From contig NC_007205.1 of assembly GCF_000012345.1 (NCBI RefSeq), forward strand, positions 270,001-302,000: a stretch of DNA of 32,000 nt, in the 5' to 3' direction. Below the pieces are notes generated by a model, which was given only the letters and a program-made list of their open reading frames with translations, did no database searches and had not been told where the DNA came from. The position numbers and the translations under genes were made by a program. Of the stretch, positions 1-8,415 are shown in pieces. This DNA comes from Candidatus Pelagibacter ubique HTCC1062 (GTDB lineage: Bacteria; Pseudomonadota; Alphaproteobacteria; Pelagibacterales; Pelagibacteraceae). Within the stretch, counting starts at the first letter, position 1; the number at the start of each line of letters is the position of its first letter.

Positions 1-578
1 GTTGAAAAAATTACAATACTCTCTTCTGATAGGCCATTAATGAATATGTTTTTAAACTCTTCACGCAACTGCTCTCTTAACTTGTAATCTAAATTTACTA
101 ATGGTTCATCCAGTAGTAAAATCTTTGCATTTTTTACAAGTGATCTTGCAACTGAAACCCTTTGTTGTTGACCGCCAGATAATTCTTGGATTTTTCTTTT
201 TTCATAACCCTCTAATCCTACTAATTTTAAGGATTTAAAAACTTCATCTTTAATCTTTTGAGGATCTAAACGTCTTTGCTTTAAAGGAAATGCAATATTT
301 TCAAAAACATTTAGGTGAGGATAATTAATGAATTGTTGATAAACCATAGCAATATTTCTTTCCCAGACTGGCACCTCTAAAAAATTTTTATCTTCAAATT
401 TAATTGTTCCACTATCTGGCATAAGTAATCCAGCTATTGTTTTTAATAGAGTCGTTTTCCCAGAAAGTGTTCTTCCTAGAATTGTGTAGAGTTTACCTTT
501 TTCAAAATTAAAAGATATTTTTCTTAACTGTAATTCCTCAGTTAATTTGTATGATATATTTTCTCCAACTAAGTTCAT
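1..578 (-). CDS. ABC transporter ATP-binding protein (partial; C-terminus lies beyond window start)
   Basis: Reverse translation from the ATG at 578-576 reads MNLVGENISYKL... It contains Walker A GRTLSGKTT, ABC signature LSGGQQQR and Walker B ILLLDEP. The start overlaps the upstream permease stop in TAATG. Not in the ORF track because it runs off the window. Confidence 0.85.
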   Translation of the reverse strand, partial: MNLVGENISYKLTEELQLRKISFNFEKGKLYTILGRTLSGKTTLLKTIAGLLMPDSGTIKFEDKNFLEVPVWERNIAMVYQQFINYPHLNVFENIAFPLKQRRLDPQKIKDEVFKSLKLVGLEGYEKRKIQELSGGQQQRVSVARSLVKNAKILLLDEPLVNLDYKLREQLREEFKNIFINGLSEESIVIFS

Positions 579-1426
579 TATTTAATTGCTCCTGATAAAT
601 TTCCTTTTGATAAGTATCTCTCAACAATAAATGCAACTATGATTAAAGGTGCAACAGAAACTAATGCTGAGGCGGATAAGCTCCACCATGGTGTGATTGA
701 AGAATTTAGAGCTACTATTTTAACTGGCAATAATTGTACTTCTGTAAAGGTTAAAATGAATGCAAAAAAGAAGTCAATCCATCCAAATATTATACAAAAC
801 ATTCCAGCAACAATTAACCCTGGTATTGAGTTTGGTAGAACTACTTTAAAAAATGCCTGATAAGGATTACATCCATCTATTAATGCAGTTTCATCTATTT
901 CTCTTGGCACCTTATTAAAAAAATCAACCATTATCCAAACTGCTATCGGCATTAATAAAACAATATAAACAACTATCAGCCCAATTAGACTATCTAATAA
1001 ATTGACCGCTCCTAAAAATAAGAAGAAAGGTATTGATAAAACAATTGGTGGCATAATTCTTTGAGAAATAAAGAAGAATGTAATGTCATTATTTTTTATT
1101 GGACCAGCTTTAAACGTATATCTTGAGAGTGCATACGCTGATAAAGTTCCAAGGATTATGCTTATTAAACTTGCAGTACATGTTACAAACAAACTGTTAA
1201 AATAAGGTTCGACAATATCCACTCCACCTTGTGCTGGAGATTTAATTAAAACTCTCCACCCTTCTAAGTTTGGTTCAAAATCAACCCAAGGAATATAAGT
1301 AACTCCTCCATTTACTGAATTAAAATCTTTAAAAGAAGTTGTGAGCGCCCAAAGAAAAGGAGCCACAACAAATACTGTCCAAATCGTTATAAAAAAATAT
1401 TTTAAAAATGTATATAGTTTTCCCAT
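578..1426 (-). CDS. ABC transporter permease (MalG/UgpE-type, carbohydrate uptake family)
   Basis: 282-aa multi-TM ORF with an EAA-loop-like segment IDETALIDGCNPYQAFFKVVLP. It is packed tightly between a second permease and the ATPase. Confidence 0.85.
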   Translation of the reverse strand: MGKLYTFLKYFFITIWTVFVVAPFLWALTTSFKDFNSVNGGVTYIPWVDFEPNLEGWRVLIKSPAQGGVDIVEPYFNSLFVTCTASLISIILGTLSAYALSRYTFKAGPIKNNDITFFFISQRIMPPIVLSIPFFLFLGAVNLLDSLIGLIVVYIVLLMPIAVWIMVDFFNKVPREIDETALIDGCNPYQAFFKVVLPNSIPGLIVAGMFCIIFGWIDFFFAFILTFTEVQLLPVKIVALNSSITPWWSLSASALVSVAPLIIVAFIVERYLSKGNLSGAIK

Positions 1427-1428
1427 AT

Positions 1429-2289
1429 CTAATCTTTGAGTAATAATTTAGTTAATACTTTTGCTATAACAGTTAAGCTTATGATCATTATTATTAAATA
1501 TGTGAATGACATAGAGGCTGCATAGCCCATTTGAAACTCTCTCAATCCCTTAATAAAAATATAAAAACTTGAAGTCTCGGTTGAGGTTCCTGGACCACCA
1601 GAGGTTAACACATAAACTGTATCCATTATCTTTGAGGCTTCAATCAATCTAATAATAATTGCACCGATAGATATAGGTGCCATTAATGGAAATGTTACAT
1701 AGATAAATTTTCTGACTGGGCTAGCTCCATCAATCGCAGCTGCTAAAAATGGTTCCTTTGGAAGTGATAAAAGGCCTGCTAACAATAGTAAAAACATAAA
1801 AGGTGTCCACTGCCAAACCTCAACTATAATAACAGTAAATTTAGCTAAAGTGGGATCTGTGAGCCATTTTGGTGAAAGACCAAAGTTGCCCAGAATATCA
1901 TTTACAGGACCTAGAGATTCATGAAAAAAAGTTCTCCAAATAACAGTCATGATAACTGGTGTGGTCATCATAGGTATTAAAAATAATACTCTAAAAAACC
2001 TTTGAAACTTAATTTCCTTCCAGACCATGTGTGCTAATGCAAAACCAATTACATATTGAAGAACAACAGTTGTTACTGACAAAAAACTTAATCTAAAAAA
2101 TGATTCCCAGAACCTTGGGTCATCTGTAAATAATCTTATATAGTTCTCAAGGCCTATAAAATTTAAACCATTATAACTATTCCACCCTGATAAACTTAAA
2201 CGAACTACAAATATTATCGGGAAAATTAAGATACCTATAAGAACAAATAAACCAGGAAATAGAAAAATGTATTTATGTTTAAAGTTCAT
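1429..2289 (-). CDS. ABC transporter permease (MalF/UgpA-type)
   Basis: 286-aa multi-TM ORF with EAA-loop-like LAAAIDGASPVRKFIYVTFPLM. A 2-nt gap separates it from the next permease. Confidence 0.85.
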   Translation of the reverse strand: MNFKHKYIFLFPGLFVLIGILIFPIIFVVRLSLSGWNSYNGLNFIGLENYIRLFTDDPRFWESFFRLSFLSVTTVVLQYVIGFALAHMVWKEIKFQRFFRVLFLIPMMTTPVIMTVIWRTFFHESLGPVNDILGNFGLSPKWLTDPTLAKFTVIIVEVWQWTPFMFLLLLAGLLSLPKEPFLAAAIDGASPVRKFIYVTFPLMAPISIGAIIIRLIEASKIMDTVYVLTSGGPGTSTETSSFYIFIKGLREFQMGYAASMSFTYLIIMIISLTVIAKVLTKLLLKD

Positions 2290-2316
2290 GACTTTGAATA
2301 TTGATTATATTGCATG

Positions 2317-2348
2317 TATATGGCCACCTAATTAAAGGTGGCCATATA
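2317..2348 (-). promoter_or_regulatory. Intercistronic GC-rich stem-loop between the binding-protein and permease genes
   Basis: Perfect 12-bp inverted repeat TATATGGCCACC / GGTGGCCATATA (2317-2328 and 2337-2348) around an 8-nt loop TAATTAAA. It sits in the 68-nt gap after the binding-protein stop. No U-tract follows on the transcribed strand. Confidence 0.6.
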
Positions 2349-2357
2349 AGATTATTT

Positions 2358-3893
2358 TTATAACTTATTGTCTTCCATTTTGACACCAACAGCATAATCC
2401 TCTTGTACTGCTGATTTACCAACTCTTTTGACAATTGCTTCCCACTCTTTAGCAACTTCATCCAAAGCTTCTTGAGGAGATAGCTGACCAGCTAAAGCCT
2501 TAGAAGTTCCAGTTGCAACTGCACTAGTGAACTCAAATACACCACGAACTCTTAAAGGGAAAACTCTATTCTTACTTTTTTCCATGTCTTTAAGTGTTTT
2601 AGTGTAAGATTCCGCAATCTCTTTATCCCAACCCATTGTATCTATGTAAAGATTTGGATCAAAATCAGAGTTTTTAAATGGATTAACACCAAAGTTACCA
2701 ATAGCTAAGTCAGCTTGGTGGTTTGCTCCATTAGAAAAGAAACAAAGATAATCAAACGCCATCTCTTGAACTTTACTTTTCTTAGCAACACCTACTGCCC
2801 AACCCCATACAATGTACGGTGCTTGGTTGTATTGGTTTTCCCATTTGCCAGTAACTCTGTTCCAAACTTTGTCTGCGCCTGGAAGAGGAGCTGTACCTAC
2901 TTTATTTTTAATAGGACTATCATCTTGCATTGCTGCAATAAAAGCATCATCCCATGAAAAACTAAATAGAGTTTGTCCACCACCAAATGATCCAATTTCA
3001 TCACCTAGCCCAAAGTTAATTCCTCCTGGAGGAACATACTTAGTAGCTTCTACCCAGTCAGTTAAAGCTTCAACAAACCCTGGATTGTTAACATTTGGTT
3101 TCATAGTTTCTAAATCAAAAAAGAAACCACCTGGAGTTCTAGGATTTTTAGCATACGCTACTGATCTACTGAAAAAAGCTGCGAACATTAAGTCGTCTTT
3201 TTTCATAACTTCAGCTGAACCGTATTCTTTTTCTCCATCTCCATCCCAATCCCAACCATTAAAGTATTTGGCCATTTCGCCATATTCTTTCCAAGTTGTA
3301 GGAACTTTTAACTCTTTACCAGTGTCTGCTTTGTATTTTTTTTGCATTTCAGGATTATCTATTACGTCTTTTCTGTATTTTAGATAATGTCTGTCTCCAT
3401 CAACTGGATATTGGTACATAGTTCCATCCCAAGAAGAAACACCCACATGAGATTTTGTAACGTCTTTCATCTCTTTTGTGTTCATGTATTTTTTTGGAAC
3501 TGGTGCTAAATACTGTCTCCAGTCATTTATAAAGTTAGAAAAACCAAATACGATATCGTATGGGGCTTGACCAGCTTTAAAAGGAACCATAGCTTTTGCA
3601 TACAAATCACCTGCAGGTGTATGTGTTACATCAACTGTTGCGCCGGTTAGTTTTGCAAACTGTTCAGCATGAAGAGCTGTAGGCTGTCCGATTACTGGAA
3701 CTGCGTGCGTATTTATTTTAAGAGTTTTTCCTTTATAATTTTTCTTAGAAATTTCTTCATAAGAACAATCACCTGGAATATCTCCTGTCGCTTTGATATG
3801 TGGAAATTGATCACTCCACTTATCTGCATAAGCTGGACTAAATATCAGAATTCCTGATATCATAGCACTTAAGCAAGTTTTTATTATTTTCAT
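2358..3893 (-). CDS. ABC transporter extracellular solute-binding protein (family 1, sugar/polyol type)
   Basis: 511 aa with N-terminal signal peptide MKIIKTCLSAMISGILIFSPAYA. Trp/Gly/Asp-rich periplasmic binding-protein character. AGGAGAG Shine-Dalgarno upstream. First transporter gene in the operon. Confidence 0.85.
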   Translation of the reverse strand: MKIIKTCLSAMISGILIFSPAYADKWSDQFPHIKATGDIPGDCSYEEISKKNYKGKTLKINTHAVPVIGQPTALHAEQFAKLTGATVDVTHTPAGDLYAKAMVPFKAGQAPYDIVFGFSNFINDWRQYLAPVPKKYMNTKEMKDVTKSHVGVSSWDGTMYQYPVDGDRHYLKYRKDVIDNPEMQKKYKADTGKELKVPTTWKEYGEMAKYFNGWDWDGDGEKEYGSAEVMKKDDLMFAAFFSRSVAYAKNPRTPGGFFFDLETMKPNVNNPGFVEALTDWVEATKYVPPGGINFGLGDEIGSFGGGQTLFSFSWDDAFIAAMQDDSPIKNKVGTAPLPGADKVWNRVTGKWENQYNQAPYIVWGWAVGVAKKSKVQEMAFDYLCFFSNGANHQADLAIGNFGVNPFKNSDFDPNLYIDTMGWDKEIAESYTKTLKDMEKSKNRVFPLRVRGVFEFTSAVATGTSKALAGQLSPQEALDEVAKEWEAIVKRVGKSAVQEDYAVGVKMEDNKL

Positions 3894-3914
3894 TACTCTC
3901 TCCTTTTTTTATTA

Positions 3915-4976
3915 TTATGGAACTAAAACAGCTCTTCCCTTAACTTTACCCTCGTTAAGATCATGAAGTGCTTTATTAGCATCGCCTAATTTATATTCTT
4001 GCATAGAAAGCGTAACTAAACCTTTGTTAGCTAACTCCATCAGCTCATATAACTCAGACCACGTTCCCACTAAATTTCCAACAATTGTTTTTTCTGAAAT
4101 AATTACATCGACAGCTAGAACTCTGATTTCTTCACCATAGCCAACGATATAATAGTATCCACTTCCTGCTGTCATTTTGATACCCATTGCAGTGGATCCT
4201 TTTTCACCAACAAAATCGATTACAGCTTCACCACCTTTACCTTTGGTAAGTTCTAAAACTCTTTCAACTTCATTACCATCAATCAAAACTCCTTCATCAC
4301 CACCAAGTGACATCGCATGTTTTAATGCTTCAGCAGATTTTTCAACAATAATAATATTTGCAGCACACATTGCTTTCAAACATTGAATTGCTATATGACC
4401 CAGTCCACCAGCTCCAATAATTACGCAAGTCTGACCTGGTAATAAATGTCTAGTAGCTTTTTTAACAACTCTATAAGCGGTAAGTCCTGCATCAGAAAAT
4501 GGTGCAACATCTTTTGGCGCTAATATTGTTGGTAGTTTAATTAAGTTACGAACACTAGTTTTAAGCAGTTCAGCATATCCACCTTCTTTAATGTTTAGTC
4601 CTGGAAAGGCACCTTCTTCGGCATGCTGATCTAAGCCTCTACGACAGCTTAAACAAGTTCCATCTGTTCCAGAAATGATTGGGTGCAAAATTACTGGATC
4701 ACCCTTTTTAAATCCAACGACATCCTTGCCCACTTCTTCAACCCAACCTGCATTTTCATGACCCATAACCATGGGTAATAAATCTCCTTTAGGATCTTGA
4801 ATATGTTCCCATACACCTTCGATAATGTGTAAATCAGTTCTACAAACTCCTGCAGCACCAATTTTAACAATAACATCTGACGATTTTTCTAATTTTGGAT
4901 CTGGCATTTCTTGCTCGGTCACCCAAACTTTTTCATCCATTTTTGGATTATATTTATGTAGAACTTGTGCTTTCAT
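3915..4976 (-). CDS. Zinc-dependent (MDR family) alcohol dehydrogenase
   Basis: 353 aa. Catalytic-Zn motifs GVCRTDLH and GHENAG, Rossmann motif GAGGLGH, and FSDAGLTAY (an Asp at the third Zn-ligand position). Lies 21 nt upstream of the binding-protein gene on the same strand. Confidence 0.85.
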   Translation of the reverse strand: MKAQVLHKYNPKMDEKVWVTEQEMPDPKLEKSSDVIVKIGAAGVCRTDLHIIEGVWEHIQDPKGDLLPMVMGHENAGWVEEVGKDVVGFKKGDPVILHPIISGTDGTCLSCRRGLDQHAEEGAFPGLNIKEGGYAELLKTSVRNLIKLPTILAPKDVAPFSDAGLTAYRVVKKATRHLLPGQTCVIIGAGGLGHIAIQCLKAMCAANIIIVEKSAEALKHAMSLGGDEGVLIDGNEVERVLELTKGKGGEAVIDFVGEKGSTAMGIKMTAGSGYYYIVGYGEEIRVLAVDVIISEKTIVGNLVGTWSELYELMELANKGLVTLSMQEYKLGDANKALHDLNEGKVKGRAVLVP

Positions 4977-5136
4977 AATTACTCTCTATTTTTTTTGTTT
5001 GTTAATTTTTTTAATAACAAACCCTATCCAATATTCAGGTCAACTAAGAGTCAACTGCACAAAAAAGTGTCCAAAAAGTTAACAAAATACAACTTATGGT
5101 TGGTTGTTCATTTTTAATTATGTCCTAAAATAAGAA

Positions 5137-6219
5137 ATGCCAAATTTAACATCTGTTGAAAAAGAATTCTCTAACCTCACTAAGAAAAGAGGTTTTTTAT
5201 CTTCTTTGATTGATAAAGATATAGCTGATAGCTGGAAGAGATGTATTTCAACAGGATTGGATCCGCTTAAAAAACCAAAGAGAACGATTCTTTCTTCTAA
5301 AGAGCTTGATGAGCTTAAAGAAAAAAATGAATATATTAGAAGACTGATAAACCCTGAGCTTGAACTTCTATATTCACAAATAGCTGGAACAAACTTTATG
5401 GTAGCATATTCTGACAGCACTGGCTCAGTTATGGATACTATTTACGATAAAACCTGTCTTAAAACTGATGTTGGAAAAATTGTAATACCAGGTTCAATTT
5501 GGAGAGAAGAAATTGGAGGTACTAATGGATTAGGACAGGTTGTAACTCTCAATAAAGACTCCATAGTTTCAGGTAAAGAGCATTTTTTTGAGTCACATGG
5601 AAAATTATCTTGCTTTGCAAGTCCAATACTAAATCATGAAGGTAAAACAATAGGTATAATAGATGCTTCTACTGATGTGCATTCAAGAGAGCAGCACACA
5701 CTAGCGCTAGTTAAGCTTGCTACAAAAAGCATCGAAACAAAATTATTTATAAATCAATTTAAAGATGAATTAATTTTATCTTTCCATCCACGCCAAGAAT
5801 ATCTTAGTACTAATAGTGTTGGTTTGCTTGCAATTAATGGTGATGGATTTGTTGTTGGTTCTAATTCAAACGCACGAATAATGCTACATGGACTAGCACC
5901 ATTAAAGAATGAGAATTTTAATAATATTTTTACAACTTCATTTTCTTCAATAGCAAATGAACTTTTACAAAATAAAATCCTAAAAATTTCTGATCATTTA
6001 GGTTCGTCTGTCTTTATAATAAAAAGTCAAAATTTTAAGAAAAAAATATCCAAAGAAACAGGAATAAAAACTTATGCGTGCAATAACTGTAAAGGTTCTA
6101 AGTTTAAGGAAGAAAGATGTGTTTTAATTAAATCTGCATTTATAGAAACTGGAAATATTAGTGCAGCTTCCAGAAAACTTGGTGTATCAAGAACCACAAT
6201 TTACAAACATCTAAAATAA
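5137..6219 (+). CDS. AcoR-type GAF-domain transcriptional regulator with Fis-type HTH, lacking the sigma-54 AAA+ domain
   Basis: 360 aa. N-terminus has DSWKRCISTGLDP, then GGTNGLGQ...GKEHFFESHGKLSCFASPI...GIIDAST, an AcoR-like GAF signature. C-terminus has GNISAASRKLGVSRTTIYKHLK (HTH_8). No GxxGxGKE Walker A, and the protein is too short to hold an AAA+ module. Confidence 0.75.
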   Translation: MPNLTSVEKEFSNLTKKRGFLSSLIDKDIADSWKRCISTGLDPLKKPKRTILSSKELDELKEKNEYIRRLINPELELLYSQIAGTNFMVAYSDSTGSVMDTIYDKTCLKTDVGKIVIPGSIWREEIGGTNGLGQVVTLNKDSIVSGKEHFFESHGKLSCFASPILNHEGKTIGIIDASTDVHSREQHTLALVKLATKSIETKLFINQFKDELILSFHPRQEYLSTNSVGLLAINGDGFVVGSNSNARIMLHGLAPLKNENFNNIFTTSFSSIANELLQNKILKISDHLGSSVFIIKSQNFKKKISKETGIKTYACNNCKGSKFKEERCVLIKSAFIETGNISAASRKLGVSRTTIYKHLK

Positions 6220-6221
6220 AA

Positions 6222-7439
6222 TTAATTTTTATAATTTCTTATTAAGAAAAATAGGTAGGAAAAGAAAGAAGTTAATAAAAAAAATATCATAGCAAATCTA
6301 AAGCCTGAAATTTCTGAATAGCCTAAGTTCATTGTGAGATCAATAATAACACCAATGATCCATTGAAGCGCAAATGCTCCAATAAAAAGAAGCAGATTAA
6401 ATGATGTCAGTGCTTTTCCTGCATTTGAAAGTGAAAAAGCCATACCTACTGCTGGTTGGGTTAAGGATAAAAAAACAGAACTTACAGCAAAAAAAGCCCA
6501 GTGATATGCTCCTGCTTTAGGTCCAAGATAAATTATAAAAGCTAGAACAATTAAATTTAACGGTGCACCAAACTTCAATAATCTTATCGCATCTGAAACA
6601 TTTTTTGAAATTTTAGGAACTAAATAGCCCCAAGATAGGAATGATATTAAGAGAGAAAAATAAATTAAGAAAAGACCATTTGCACTTTGTTCGGGTGTAT
6701 ATCCTGAAACTTTAATCATCCATGGTCCTGCCCAAAGTGTCTGAATAGCAAACAATCCACCATAATTAAAAAATCCCATTGGAACTAAGCTTTTAAAAAA
6801 ACTATTGTTCCAAATTTCTTTTAAAGAACCATTATCATTTGAGTTACTTTGAATATTTGCTTTATTCCAATTAGGTATAAAAAAAATAATTAAGATAATA
6901 CAAAATATGGTTAATAGAGCTAAAGTGATAAAAATCATTCTCCATCCAATTATCGGTAAAAAAAATTGTACAGGCAAACTAGAAGAGAGCATTCCAATTG
7001 CGCCCACCATTAACATCCATGAATTTGCTCTTTGTTGCGTTTCATCTTGATACCAAATTCTATATGCAGTAAGCGGCCCCATCAAACAAGCGCCTACGCC
7101 TATTCCAATTAAAATTCTTGATATTAAAAGAGTAATAAAATTTTCTGATAAAGAAAATGAAATCATACCCAATACAGCTATAAGTAAAAAATATGATACT
7201 ATTTTTTTTGGTCCCTTATTATCTAATAAATAACCTAATGGAATTTGAACAGCAGCAAAACCTAAAAAATATCCACCTCCCAAAAGTCCTAAGTCACCAG
7301 CTGATAAATCAAACTCTGATATAAGATTAGGTGAAATAGTTGCAGTGATTGCTCTTAGTAAATTAGAGATATAATAACTGAGAGCAAATACTAAAAATAT
7401 AGTTATCGCTTTTTGTTTTGGTAAAATAACTTTATTCAT
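6222..7439 (-). CDS. MFS transporter
   Basis: 405-aa ORF that is hydrophobic throughout, consistent with about 12 TM helices. It is the last gene of the glycolate-related run. Confidence 0.8.
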   Translation of the reverse strand: MNKVILPKQKAITIFLVFALSYYISNLLRAITATISPNLISEFDLSAGDLGLLGGGYFLGFAAVQIPLGYLLDNKGPKKIVSYFLLIAVLGMISFSLSENFITLLISRILIGIGVGACLMGPLTAYRIWYQDETQQRANSWMLMVGAIGMLSSSLPVQFFLPIIGWRMIFITLALLTIFCIILIIFFIPNWNKANIQSNSNDNGSLKEIWNNSFFKSLVPMGFFNYGGLFAIQTLWAGPWMIKVSGYTPEQSANGLFLIYFSLLISFLSWGYLVPKISKNVSDAIRLLKFGAPLNLIVLAFIIYLGPKAGAYHWAFFAVSSVFLSLTQPAVGMAFSLSNAGKALTSFNLLLFIGAFALQWIIGVIIDLTMNLGYSEISGFRFAMIFFLLTSFFSYLFFLIRNYKN

Positions 7440-7459
7440 AATTAAAAATTATAAAGAAA

Positions 7460-8413
7460 TTAATTTACTTTATTTTTGCAATTTCCTGTTTTGAAAAACT
7501 CATCAATATTGTCTATGGCTAGATTGGCCATAGCAATTCTTGTGTGCTTAGTGGCACTTCCAAGGTGAGGCAAAATAAAAACACTTTTAATCTTCAGATA
7601 GCCTGGATTTAAATTTGGTTCACCCTTATAAACATCAAGTCCTGCTGCGTAAATTTTTCTTCTGTTTAATGCATCTATTAAAGCTTCATCTTCAACAATG
7701 TCTCCACGAGCCACATTTGTTATAACCGCACCTGTTGGAAAATATTCTAATGTTTCTTTATTAATTAAATTTTCTGTTTCTTTTGTTGCGGGGCAACAAA
7801 TTGACAATACATCTGAAACTCCAAAAAGACTTTTAATGCTATCATGATAAATGGCACCTTGTTCTTTTTCGTCACTTAGTTTTGATCTGTTGTGATAGTG
7901 AATAATCATTCCTAAAGATTTTGCAATTTTTGCAATCTTTTGACCTATTCTCCCCATTCCTAAAATTCCAAGCCTCGTACCAGTTAACTGTTTTCCTATC
8001 AAATAATCTGCAGACCATTTCCAGCTACTTTCTTTTGCAGCCTGAACACCCTCTGGAACTCTTCTACATGCTCCAAGAATTAATAAAATTCCAATCTCAG
8101 CTGTGGCATCAGATAAAACTTCTGGTGTATTAGTTACAGCTATTCCTCTTTTTTTTGCTGCTTCTAAATCAATGTTTCCAAAACCAACTGCAAAATTAGA
8201 AATTACCTTAATACTATCTGGTAATTTACTTATAGTCTCTTCATCCATCTTATCAGTTAAAGAAGTTAAGATTGCATCATGGCCTTCACTTAATTCAATA
8301 AGTTTTGACTGAGAATATAATTCATCATTACCATTAAGCTTTGCATCAAATGTTTTAGAAGCTTTTTCCTCAGATTCTTTTAATAGTCTTCGTGTAATTA
8401 TAATTTTTTTCAT
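7460..8413 (-). CDS. D-isomer-specific 2-hydroxyacid dehydrogenase (glyoxylate/hydroxypyruvate reductase type)
   Basis: NAD-binding motif GILGMGRIGQKIAK and C-terminal HLGSAT motif. I moved the start to the ATG at 8413 (MKKIIITRRLL) because the 16 upstream codons of the track ORF overlap glcF. Confidence 0.85.
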   Translation of the reverse strand: MKKIIITRRLLKESEEKASKTFDAKLNGNDELYSQSKLIELSEGHDAILTSLTDKMDEETISKLPDSIKVISNFAVGFGNIDLEAAKKRGIAVTNTPEVLSDATAEIGILLILGACRRVPEGVQAAKESSWKWSADYLIGKQLTGTRLGILGMGRIGQKIAKIAKSLGMIIHYHNRSKLSDEKEQGAIYHDSIKSLFGVSDVLSICCPATKETENLINKETLEYFPTGAVITNVARGDIVEDEALIDALNRRKIYAAGLDVYKGEPNLNPGYLKIKSVFILPHLGSATKHTRIAMANLAIDNIDEFFKTGNCKNKVN

Positions 8414-8415
8414 AG

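Noticed and set aside
2812-3387. 191-aa plus-strand ORF antisense to the solute-binding-protein gene. This is long for an AT-rich genome.
   Set aside because: It lies entirely inside a well-supported gene on the other strand. Its product is low-complexity and Ser/Pro-rich, with no motif, start context or SD. It is consistent with a shadow ORF caused by the codon bias of the sense gene.
5057-5073. Possible sigma-54 -24/-12 promoter for the ADH operon (minus strand TGGACAC-N-TGTGC), expected because the neighbouring regulator is AcoR-like.
   Set aside because: The GG-to-GC spacing is 12 rather than 10 and the -12 element is poor. The regulator also lacks the AAA+ domain needed to activate such a promoter.
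5118-5420. 100-aa minus-strand ORF overlapping the 5' end of the regulator gene.
   Set aside because: It is antisense to a motif-supported CDS. Its product is a Ser/Leu-rich low-complexity sequence, and it has no RBS.
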